This document shows, one piece after another, positions 10,985-21,954 of a stretch of DNA of 64,000 bases. Within the stretch, counting starts at the first letter, position 1, and every line of letters begins with the position of its first letter. Origin of the DNA: Octopus vulgaris (Eukaryota); contig OX597829.1 in NCBI GenBank assembly GCA_951406725.2, positions 40,548,001 to 40,612,000 on the forward strand. The letters run 5' to 3'. The position numbers were made by a program, and so were the translations under genes. The notes beneath the pieces were generated by a model, which was given only the letters and a program-made list of their open reading frames with translations, did not search any database and was not told where the DNA came from.

Positions 10985-11392
10985 TGTCTGTCTGCACATT
11001 CTGAGTTCAAATTCCACCAAGGTCAACTTTGCCTCGCATCATTTTCGCGTCAATAAAGTACCAGTGAAACACTGGGGGTCGATGTAATCAACTAGTCACC
11101 ACCACCACCAAATTTCAGGCCTTCAGTAGAAAGGATTACTATTATTATTATTATTATTATTATTGTTGTTGTTGTTAAGGTGGCGAGCTGGCAGAATTGT
11201 TAGCACGCCAGGCAAAATGCTTAGCAGTATTTCGTCTGCCATTACATTCTGAGTTCAAATTCCACTAAGGTTGACTTTGCCTTTCATCCTTTCTGGGTTG
11301 AGAAATTAAGTACCAGTTGAGTACTGGGGTCAATGTAATTGACTATTCCCTTTCCCCAAATTTCAGGCCTTGTACCTATCATAGAAAGGATT
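10985..11392 (+). mobile_element. Two older SINE family B copies with an (ATT)n-type tail
   Basis: TTCTGAGTTCAAATTCC..GACTTTGCCTTTCATCC core; tail AAATTTCAGGCCTT...AGAAAGGATT. Confidence 0.75.
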
Positions 11393-12650
11393 GTTGTTGT
11401 TGTTGTTGTTCCTCCTCCACCTCCTCTCTCTGTATGGTCTTTCATGCATTTGGCAGGTTAGTGGTGGGGAAATAGGTGAGCAGACCTATGAGTGTTGTTA
11501 ATTGAAGGTCACTGATTCAAGATAAGCCAAAGAGGTTTCTCTTTTCCTTTCTTTTTCTCTTTCTTTCTCTTCTTCTTCTTCTTCTTCTTGCACACAAAGC
11601 AAAGCTTAGCTTATGGTTTCTGCGACAATGGGAAAGGCCGGAATGAATGAACATATCACCGAGAAAGAAGAAAACTAACACTGAGGGAAAACAAAATTTA
11701 TAGACAGACAGACAGACAGACAAATCCACTAAATTGCAATATCAACCCTGTATTTGCTGTTGCCCCCCCTCCACCTCCTCCCCCTCCCCATTATATGCAC
11801 TGTCGACATGAAGAGTGGCTGTAGTGGTGGTGGTGGTGGTGCAAAATTATGATGTCATAGCTTTTAGAGAATTTGAAAACCCAAAGCATCTCCACCGTTG
11901 CTTTCCCCGCCCAATGCCCATTTTCCTCTCCCATACTCATATGACCACCACCAGAACCACAACCACTGACGCCTTTTTACCACCATGCTGTCTGCCCCCC
12001 CCCCCCTCTACCCTACCCACCCACCCACTTTTCAGGCCCACCATCCATTTTTTTCCCCAGTCTAGTCTTACCGATCTCCACCATTTGCTCTCGGCATACA
12101 AACTACTGCCACTTTTGCACCTTTGCCATCGCTACTACCACCCCACCCCACCCCCACCCCCACCCCGCCCCACCCATTTCCCTCTACCAGCTCTTCCCTC
12201 GAGTGTCACACCCCGCATACAGTTCCCCCCTTTGGTTTGGCTTGCTGGATACCTCAACTACCACTCTACACCGCCACCACCCAACTTTACCATTCTCTCC
12301 ACCTACCCACCGAAAAGCAGCCATACTCATAACCATTGTAATGAAAAATTTGGTTTGTTTTTGTTGTTGTTGTTGTTGTGGTGGTGGTGGTGGTGGTGGT
12401 GGTGGTGGTGGCAGTAGCAGCAGCAGCAGCAATGCTGGAACTGCCTGTTAAGGTATTTCGAGTTTTCTTTCTTTTTTTTTTTATTCATTATAAATGTTTT
12501 AATTATTTCAGTAGTTTTATTATTATTATTATTATTATTTTTTTTTTTTTTGCATACTTTCACTGCACAAGTGAGTGCAGTTCTATGTGACTTGGGTATG
12601 TGCAGTATTCTGGTCTTTATCAATATTTCTTTCTTCTCTTTCTTGCTATA

Positions 12651-13049
12651 CTCTTTTACTCTTTTACTTGTTTCAGTCATTTGACTGCGGCCATGCTGGA
12701 GCACCGCCTTTAGTCGATCAAATCGACCCCGGGACTTTTTCTTTGTAAGCCCAGTACTTATTCTATCGGTCTCTTTTGCCGAACCGCTAAGTGACGGGGA
12801 CGTAAACACACCAGCATCGGTTGTCAAGCAATGCTAGGGGGACAAACACAGACACACACACACATATATATATATACATATATACGACGGGTTTCTTTCA
12901 GTTTCCGTCTACCAAATCCACTCACAAGGCATTGGTCGGCCCGGGGCTATAGTAGAAGACACTTGCCCAAGATGCCACGCAGTGGGACTGAACCCGCAAC
13001 CATGTGGTTGGTTAGCAAGCTACTTACCACACAGCCACTCCTGCGCCTA
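12651..13049 (-). mobile_element. SINE family A, full length (tRNA-like head, CORE-like CCTTGGGCAAG block, internal microsatellite, CR1-type tail)
   Basis: Reverse complement starts GGCGCAGGAGTGGCTGTGTGG (A box), GGTTCAGTCCC (B box) and ends (GTAAAAGA)n; about 20 related copies in the window. Confidence 0.9.
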
Positions 13050-13471
13050 TATCTTTTTTTTTTTTTTTTTTTTTGGTTATATTGCAAGTATTCTATGCAT
13101 AGAATATATAGAACATGTGCAGCAGTTATTAGTACTATTTTCTGTATGTTGGGTGTCTGCATGCCCCTGGGGGGGGGGGTACTCAGAGCAAGTGGACAGT
13201 ACTTAGTAAGTGTCACTTTCTATGTACGGTGTATTTATGTCCAAGAGTTCTCATAATTCATGCAACTCCTAGTAAAGGCTTTTTTTAAAAATCTGTTGTG
13301 AATATATATCCTGGGGTACTCTTCATAAAAGTGCATTACTAAGTGAGTGCTAATTCTTATATTTAGTCCAGGAATGTTGACAGTTTGTAGGCAATACCTA
13401 GAGTGTGAGTGTTTGTGTGTGCATGAGCCCTAGGTGACATACGAGCATTCAACTTTTGCCAAATATATATG

Positions 13472-14141
13472 CAAGCATACCTCGGCTTAAGTCATTTCAG
13501 TTTAAATCATTCTGGATTATACATTTGTTTTCAGAAATAATATATGGAAAGATAAAAATCAAGTCATTTTACTCGATTTTTACGTCTGTCTTCCACAAAT
13601 ACAGATATCTTAAAATCACTAGAAAACTGTTAAGAGCACATAAAATTATGTTACTGTACAATAAATAAGAATAAAAGCATATAAAATCGTATTAAAATAC
13701 GTACAGTAAATGTTAAGTTACACACCATAAAGTTGTGTAGCTTAGTAAACAAAATCATGAAGTCAACTGTGTTGTCTTATTTATCAGTCTTTCAGAGCTC
13801 ATATTGCACTGTAGTTTCAATATCTACTGTTAGGTGTCGTTGTCACTCGTGATTTCCGCAATTGTTTTGAATTCAGATTTGTTTACGTCTGTTTTTCGGC
13901 TACTTTCTCATTCTCATTCATTTGTGACTTTATTTTTTGTCCCCCATGGCTCCTTAGGAAATTCATAGTGAAAGTGCTAAGCATCATGCTATAAATGCTG
14001 GAAGAACAGAAATGGGAATGGTTATTATCACTTTAGCCTAGAGACGAGTAAATTCGGCCTAGCCTAGTCTAGAGACAAGTTAATTTGACTTAAGTCGTGT
14101 CTCCTGGAACCAATTAACAACATAGGGTGAAGCATGCCTAT
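13472..14141. mobile_element. Probable old Tigger/pogo-like DNA transposon remnant
   Basis: Weak inverted termini (CAAGCATACCTCGGCTTAAGTC / GACTTAAGTC...GCATGCCTATA); the terminal block resembles 5148-5210. Confidence 0.3.
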
Positions 14142-14177
14142 ATACTGTTGTGTAAAATATATATATATATATATATA

Positions 14178-14663
14178 TCATCATCATCATCATCGTTTAA
14201 CGTCCGCTTTCCATGCTAGCATGGGTTGGATGGTTCAACTGGGGTCTGGCAAGCTCGAAGGCTGCACCAGGCCAGTCAGATCTGGCAGTATTTCTACAGC
14301 TGGATGCCCTTCCTAACGCCAACCACTCTGAGAGTGTAGTGGGTGATTTTATGTGCCACTGACACAGGTGCCAGACGAGGCTGGCAGACGGCCACGCTCG
14401 GATGGTGTTTTTATGTGCCACCGACACAGGTGCCAGACGAGGCTGGCAGACGGCCACGCTCGGATGGTGTTTTTATGTGCCACCGACACAGGTGCCAGAC
14501 GAGGCTGGCGAACGGCCACGCTCGGATGGTGTTTGTTACGTGCCCTCAGCACGGAGGCCAGTCGATGCGGTACTGGCTATGGTCACGTTCGGATGGTTTT
14601 CTTATGTGCCACCGGCACTGGTACCACAAGGACACAAATTCCATTGATGTTCATCTATTTTGA
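14178..14663 (-). mobile_element. RTE LINE 3' UTR (family C) with internal 62-bp tandem repeats
   Basis: (CAT)n tail at left; ATGTGCCAC units at 14351, 14413 and 14475. Confidence 0.8.
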
Positions 14664-15896
14664 TTTGATAAAGTCGATCATGGAATGATATGTCACAAAC
14701 TGCGTGATCTCAACATAGTTGGAAAATTGGGAGAATGGCTTCATGACTTTCTGAAGGATAGAAGCCAGGTGGTAGTAGCCATTAACACGCAAATAGTGAG
14801 CGGTGTTCTGCAAGGCACTGTTTTGGGACCACTACTGTTCATAATGGCCCTCTCAGACATGCCCTCAGCCATGCAGAGAGCCACGATCACAAGTTATGCA
14901 GATGATACAAAAGTTTCACAGGCAATACAGAACCCTGAAGACACAATGCACCTGCAATGTGAGCTGGACAAAATATACAAGTGAGCTGAAAAGAATAGCA
15001 TGCAGTTCAATGCTGAAAAGTTTCAAGCTTTATGCTATCAGCATGCAAAACTAAATGCAATACCCAATAAATACACTGGACCTGGAGGGATTGCAATCCT
15101 AGAGGCACAATCAGTGCGAGACCTGGGTATTTACATGAGTGATGATGCAACCTTTCATGTGCATGTTGCTAAATTGGCAATGAAATGTTGGCGACTGACC
15201 GGATGGATTCTTAGAACCTTTAGAACAAGAGACCAGGAAACCATGATGGTCCTCTGGAGGACACTTGTCCTAAGCCATTTTGACTATTGCTCTCAGCTAT
15301 GGTCACCATCCAGTGTCAAGTTAATCACAGAACTTGAGGTGATCCAACGAAGCTACACGAAGAAGATAGCCTCTGTGCAGCATATAAGCTACTGGGAAAG
15401 ACTCAAGAGATTAAGACTCTATTCCTTAGAGCATAGGCGAGAAAGATATGCCATAATATACATCTGGAAGATCCTAGAAGGACTTGTCCCAAACTTTGGC
15501 ATCGAGAGTTACACAAATGCTAGAACTGGGCGCCACTGCATAGTGCCAAGGACTCCAATTTTGCCATCAAGATGTAGGACAAGATACTGTGATAGCCTGG
15601 GCTTCAGAGGTCCACAGCTCTTCAATATCCTCCTGAAGGACTTGAGAGACCTGCATGGGGTGGATGCAGATGTCTTTAAAATAAAACTGGATCTCTTCCT
15701 GTCAAGTGTCCCAGATGAACCAACTTCACGGCAGAAGGTGCAGATGAGGGCAGCTGCATCGAACTCTCTCATGCACCAAATGGCAATTGCTAAAAAGCAT
15801 TCGTGAAGTAAAATCATGTAGCAACACCAAATGGCGGTGCCCCAGCATGGCCACAGCTCATGAGCTGAAACTGGATAAAATAAATAAAAAAATGAT

Positions 15897-15900
<4 letters not shown>
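14664..15900 (+). mobile_element. 5'-truncated CR1-clade LINE (RT and C-terminus of ORF2, short 3' UTR)
   Basis: FDKVDH, SGVLQGTVLGPLLF, YADDTK, VRDLGI, DYCSQLWSP, SYWERLK..L.LYSLE.RRER. ORFs 14685-14984 and 15000-15806 are in one frame, split by a single TGA (likely from TGG). ATAAA tail runs into (TA)n. Confidence 0.93.
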
Positions 15901-15957
<57 letters not shown>

Positions 15958-16689
15958 TGGCTAAGATTGGGTAAGCAGAAATATGCAATTGACCATTCAC
16001 AGACTCTACATTTTCTGCTGTTTCTTTTACCATTCTTTTACCATTCTGCTAGTTTCTCATAGGGAAAGCTGAGATCTTCCACTACACTCAAAGACTCTAC
16101 CATATCAGCTAGTGACAAGTTTTGTTTTTGTTTTCTTTTTATTAATTTTTTTTTTTTACTTATCTACTTCACCTTTACCCAGTTTTGTCAGGTATTAACT
16201 TTTATTTATTTATTTATTTGCCAACAACTTAGCAATAAATTTTAAAATTTACTTCTTTTCTTTCGATTTCAGTTTGTTTTTGTTTTTCTTCGTATTTATA
16301 GATTCTGCTGTTATTTATTTATTTTTTTTCCATTCTCTTCACAACTGTCTGTTACTTCAGGCATTGCTTTATATTTGTTGGCTTCCTCAAAGACAGAAAA
16401 GTGTGTTTTATTAATTTTTATTTGTCTTTTTTTTTTTTTTTTTTAGTTATTTACTTTCCCCTTATTCTTCACCAGATATTATTAATGATTATCGTTAAAT
16501 ATTAAAAGAGCAAGCAAAACCAGATTAAATTCTTTTCTTTAGGTTTTGAGTTCAAAGCGCTTTAAAGTTAATTTTGTCATTCTTCTCTTTGGTGTGCATG
16601 TACGGAGGGGTAGGGCGAGGGTAATTCAAGCACGTATGTAAAATAAAATAAAAAAGTAAAATATTTCTTTAAGCTGGTATTGCATGTGG

Positions 16690-16880
16690 TATCAATTCTG
16701 CTGTCTACCGAGTCTATGATGGTGATCAATCCAACACCTTCCTTTGATAAGGATATGCAGATAGTCATCTCTTTTCCTCTCCCTTACGTGATGGCTATTG
16801 TCAAAAGAAGTTGTGTGGGTAACATCAATGAAAGGTTTGAGGATGGGGATTTACCTCATGGGCCAAACCTTCATCAAAAT
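16690..16880 (-). mobile_element. Possible very old RTE/BovB endonuclease remnant
   Basis: Minus-strand fragments HPQTFH* and GRCWIDHHHRL resemble the HPRSKHW...DCWTDHRL motif; heavily decayed. Confidence 0.3.
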
Positions 16881-17348
16881 CCTTGAGTACCAATTGTCAA
16901 GGAAAGTAAGGAGTGTGTGTAGAAGGAAGTGCTAGCCTCCATTACATACTATAAAAAGTGGGTGAGTACGGTTGAATGAATCTATTCTGTGTAACAAAAA
17001 CTGGTTGATAGCACTTGCCTTTTGTGTACCAGGGTATTCCTGAATTAAAGGAAGCATGTCATGAATTACATGACTGGTATTATAACAACCCTGCCATCTG
17101 TTTTTGTTGGGGTAGGGAGCGCTTTGTTATTTTTTTTTCAACTCTGGCACTGATCCCAATGTCTTGTTCGTTTTTGGTCAAGGAAATTATTATTATCATT
17201 ATTATTATTATTATCATCATCATCATCACCATCATTATTATTTTCATTATCATCATTATTATTATTATTATCATTATCATCATTATTATTATTATTATTG
17301 TTATTATTATCATTATTGTTGTTATCATTATTATTATTATTATTATTG

Positions 17349-17902
17349 AGTGAGAGAGCAGTTCATGCCATCAAAGTGACACTGGGGTAAAATATACGAA
17401 GCCCAATATACCCATCATGACTACCCGTCTGATAAAGGTACACCAGGCACATGCATCACAAACCATATGTGCGCGACATGGTGATCTCATATCAAGATAA
17501 ACAGCACATGACCTTGCAGGTGGGGCCCAGTTAGAATTTTCTTCAGGTTGAGTAGCCCATCCTGCTCAAAAGGTCCCTGAATAAGGGTTGCTTTAGGATG
17601 TTGAACGAAACACCTATGTTTCCAGAGGTGAATTATTCAAACCCCAAAGAATCCCTCTCAACACATGGCCATGATGCTCCCCCACTACTTCTGCTTGTGA
17701 TCAGAGATGCACATATCGTCAGCCACTAAGGGACATGCTCAACTGGCTAAGGCCAAACAACTGACAAGCAAATCTGTGGTATTGAGCAGAATATTTGCTG
17801 TAGCCCATCTTTTATACCAAGACAAAACAATGTACATGATAACACTTCCAATCAGTTAAGATCAGAAGCCATGAGAGCCACTGCCTGGTACTGCATCAGG
17901 GC

Positions 17903-17906
<4 letters not shown>
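17349..17906 (-). mobile_element. ~555-bp non-coding element inserted in (TTA)n
   Basis: Higher-GC complex sequence with sharp borders between (ATT/ATC)n 17186-17348 and (TTA)n 17907-18017; no ORF; orientation inferred from an (AAT)n tail. Confidence 0.6.
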
Positions 17907-17965
<59 letters not shown>

Positions 17966-18089
17966 CATTATTGTTGTTATTATTATTGTTGTTGTTGTTG
18001 TTATTATTATTATTATTTGGCTGAATCAATACGGCATAATAGGAGGAACTGCCCTGTAGAGGTTGTTCTAGTTCTTTATATTTTGTGTT

Positions 18090-18312
18090 TAACCATTTAG
18101 CATTTAACCTGGCCATATCTGGCTCAAATATTTTACCAATCTTTATGTTCAAACTGGTCACATCCAGACTCTCTCACCTATCTGACAATGTCATTCTTTT
18201 AAATAAACAAATCAGCTCACCAAACTCTTGAAGCTGTGAGATAATGCATGATGAACGCAAAACAATGTGAAGAAATATGTGTTACATTTGGCAATTATCT
18301 GAATGCCAGTAT
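18090..18312. mobile_element. Degenerate MITE family E1, reverse orientation
   Basis: TTAACCATTTAGCATTTAACCTGGCCATATC matches the reverse complement of the 25751-25964 end. Confidence 0.6.
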
Positions 18313-18457
18313 TAAATCCAGTCACAGTCAACTTTACCATTCATTCAGTCGACTACAAGGGTCAATTATATCAGCTAAGCCACTTCTTGAAATGTCCAGC
18401 CTTATGCCTCTGCTGGAAACCATTATTATTTATTAATGTAAGGAACAATGTCCGTGC

Positions 18458-18698
18458 TTATAAATTCAATGAGCAAAGGTGTTGTCAAACAGGTGTTGTC
18501 TTGGACAGATCGCTGCTTTCTTGGAGAAAACTTTAAATTTGATTCGCGTTGTCATGTTCAGAATTTAAACCCCTACCTAGATCAACATCAACTTTATCCT
18601 TCCCTTGTGTTAATAAATTAAATACTAGTGTTGATTCAATCAATAACTATTGTATTTAGAGTTGAACCTATCAGTTCTGAGTTAAATTCTGATGTGTC

Positions 18699-18731
<33 letters not shown>

Positions 18732-20437
18732 GTCGTTTAACGTCCGCTTTCCATGCTAGCATGGGTTGGACGATTTTGACTGAGGGCTGGCAAACCAGAT
18801 GGCTACACCAGGCTCCAATCTTGATTTGGCAGAGTTTCTACAGCTGGATGCCCTTCCTAACACCAACCACTCCGAGAGTGTAGTGGGTGCTTTTTACGTG
18901 CCACCAGCATGGGGGCCAGTCAGGCAGTACTGGGAATGACCTCGCCTGAATCTTTTTACACGTGCCACCGGCACAGGTTCCAGTGAAGCGACGTTGGTAA
19001 CGATCACGCTCAAATGGTGCCCTTTTACATGTCACAGGTACGGAAGCCAGTTGGCTGCTCTGGCAACAATCACGCTCAGATGGTGCTCTTGAAACCCTAC
19101 TAGCACAGGCCAGTAAGGCGATGCTGGTAATGATCATACTCGAATGGTGCCCTTCTATGTGCCACTGGCACAGAAGCCGGTTAGCCGCTCTGTAAATGAT
19201 CACACTCGTATGGTGCTCTTTGCACCCCGCTAGCACGGATGCCAGTCATCGAATTGATTTTGATTTTATTTTATTTATTTATCTTCTAAACATTAATTTC
19301 AGGCATTGGATTGGCAGAATCATTAGAGCATCTCTTAAATGTCTTAATGGATCTCAATTGTGTCTTTTTACATTCTGAGTTCAACTTTGGCTTTCCACCT
19401 TCAAAACTCAATAAAATGCGGTAGCAGTTAGTAATGAGAAAGTTTTTAGATGACTGATACTGGGGTCTCCCAGGCTTGTTATTCTGTGCAAAATATTACA
19501 GAATCTTCTTAGTATTGTAGGTGTTTAAGGACAGGTGAGAATGTAAACTCTGCTGGGTTCCAAAGTAATTCTGTATTATTGACTTTAGAAAATATGATAG
19601 AACAACTTTATGCAGATTATTTAACTAACAAGGTATGTGGCATCTCCATCACTGATTGATTTAATGATTGATATATCAGTTTTCCAAGATCAATAATAAA
19701 GTACCAGTCTGATAATGAAGTTCAAGTTAACTTATACTGGTGTCACCCAGGATTCTTTAAACTAGATCCTGCAGAGTCTTTCTTATGAGGGGGTGATGGT
19801 GTAAACCCTAACAGCCATACAATATGTCAGTAAGAAACAGTAGTGCCAGACAAAGAGAATCTTTTTGAAGACACAGCAATGGAAATTGCAAATCCTGTAC
19901 TCAGTGAGGTACCACAAAACCTTTGTTTACAAATGTCTCTCATCACAAACAAATTGAACAATTTTTCAGATACGAAACATCTCAGGTGATGAACGGTGTT
20001 TCAAGTAATGAACACACAAGTGAGTGTTTTGAAAGGTGGAAAACCAAAGTTGACTTCAGCAGGATTTGAACTCAGAATGTAAAAAGACACAATTGAAATC
20101 CATTAAGACATTTAAGAGATGCTCTAATGATTCTGCCAATCCAATGCCTTAAATTAATGTTTAGAAGATAAATAAATAAAATCAAGACACATCAGATTTT
20201 AACTCAGAGCTAACAGGTTCAACTCTAAATACAATAGTTCCTGATTCAATCAACCCCAATGTATGTCTGGTATTTAATTTATCAACACAAGGAAAGGAAA
20301 AAGTTGATGTTGAACTAGGTAGGGTTTAAATTCTGAACATGACAACACGAATCAAATTTTAAAGTTTTCTCCAAGAAAGCAACGATCTGTCTGAGACAAT
20401 ACCTGTATCACACACTCTCTGCTCATTGAATTTATAA
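18458..20437. repeat. ~400-bp inverted duplication (left arm 18458-18710 plus 19262-19410; right arm 20021-20437)
   Basis: e.g. TGCTTTCTTGGAGAAAACTTTAAA vs TTTAAAGTTTTCTCCAAGAAAGCA; GAGCATCTCTTAAATGTCTTAATGG vs CCATTAAGACATTTAAGAGATGCTC. Confidence 0.92.
18711..19261 (-). mobile_element. RTE LINE 3' UTR (family C) interrupting the left arm of the inverted duplication
   Basis: (CAT)n tail; the empty site is visible in the right arm (AAAATCAAGACACATCAG). Confidence 0.85.
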
Positions 20438-20698
20438 CAATTGTCGCTAACAAGCTTGGAATATCAACAGCAGAGTGTCAGCTGCTGTATAGTTTTTGCT
20501 CAGTTCATATCGCTGCTTAAATTCTTTGTGCCTTCTCATGAGTTTGTTATGGAAAAAAATAGTTTCAGTTTATAAACATTTCAGGTGATAAATTGTCTTC
20601 AGGAACAAATTAAATTCATAAACTGAGGTTCCAGTGTATATGGTATGTCTGCCATAATGTCTTAATTTTGTGCCTATTTTTGTCAAAACTGTTTTAGT

Positions 20699-21176
20699 GT
20701 TTTACATATTGGACTGCAGTTTTACATATTGGACTGCAGTTTTACATATTGGACTGCAGTTTTACATATTGGACTGCAGTTTTACATATTGGACTGCAGT
20801 TTTACATATTGGACTACAGTTTTACATATTAGACTGCAGTTTTGATTAGATTGCAGTTTTATATATTGGACTGCAGTTTTAAATATTGGACTGCAGTTTT
20901 ACATATTGGACTGCAGTTTTACATATTGGACTGCAGTTTTACATATTGGACTGCAGTTTTACATATTGGACTACAGTTTTACATATTAGACTGCAGTTTT
21001 GCATATTAGATTGCAGTTTTATATATTGGACTGCAGTTTTAAATATTGGACTGCAGTTTTACATATTGGACTGCAGTTTTACATATTGGACTGCAGTTTT
21101 ACATATTGGACTGCAGTTTTACGTATTGGACTGCAGTTTTACATATTAGACTGCAGTTTTACATATTGGACTGCAC
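20699..21176. repeat. 20-bp minisatellite TTTTACATATTGGACTGCAG, ~24 copies
   Basis: Direct inspection; one PstI site per unit. Confidence 0.97.
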
Positions 21177-21954
21177 TCCACTGAAAGATTTTAAGTCAAT
21201 TAAACTGACACCAGTACTTATATATTTCAACGTGTGACACTTATCATTATTTATCATACTCTCGAGTTGTGGAACACAAACACGGACTTTATTTATTTTT
21301 TTTTGTTTAATTGTTTTTTTTTCAAGTGGCATCAACATGAAGATATACATAAGGACAGACACATACACTCATGGATGTATGTAGACATACGCACATGCAT
21401 GCACACACAGACACACACACACAGACACACATAACCGTAAGTAGAACTTGTTTGGATTTACAGGACCTTGATCTTCCAACCATCTGTATCGCCCATGTCA
21501 TGTGATGGTTCCTCTCAATGGTATCCAGTGTTAGCTGTTTACTTACGGATGTACATCTTTTGAAAATGGTCGTAATAACATTAGCTGCATTGGAAAAAAA
21601 AAACCCGATGTCACCAACCAGTTCGTCTTTACTTCTCCAGCAGTCTCAAGCGAAAGGAATCTTTCTCTGATGGTGTCTGATATTTTTGGAAATGTGTGTG
21701 TGCATGTGTGTGTGTGTGTGCATGTATGTATATACATATGTGTGTGCATGTATGTGTATATATATGCATCTATCTGTATATATATGTATGTATATATATA
21801 TATATGTATGTGTGTGTGTATATGTGTGTGTATATATGTGTGTATGTGCATGTATGTATATATGTGTAGGTGTGTATTTATGTGTGTGCATGTATGTGTG
21901 TGTATATGTGTGTGTGTGTGTGTGCATGTATGTATATGTGTGTCTGTGCATGTA

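Noticed and set aside
11815-12451. 200-aa Pro/His-rich ORF and overlapping poly-Q/P/W ORFs
   Set aside because: C-rich low-complexity strand plus (GGT)n/(GTT)n/(CAG)n; no convincing splice sites or domain
14982-14984. In-frame TGA in the CR1 ORF2 as selenocysteine or readthrough
   Set aside because: Falls at an expected Trp (KIYKWAE) in a 5'-truncated dead copy; a simple TGG>TGA change
16543-16620. Possible 78-nt phase-0 exon (TTCTTTTCTTTAG...AGG|GTAATT)
   Set aside because: Splice-like signals are common in T-rich DNA and the peptide has no recognisable features; needs RNA-seq
20699-21176. CRISPR array or coding repeat
   Set aside because: Contiguous 20-bp monomers without spacers; unit not a multiple of 3
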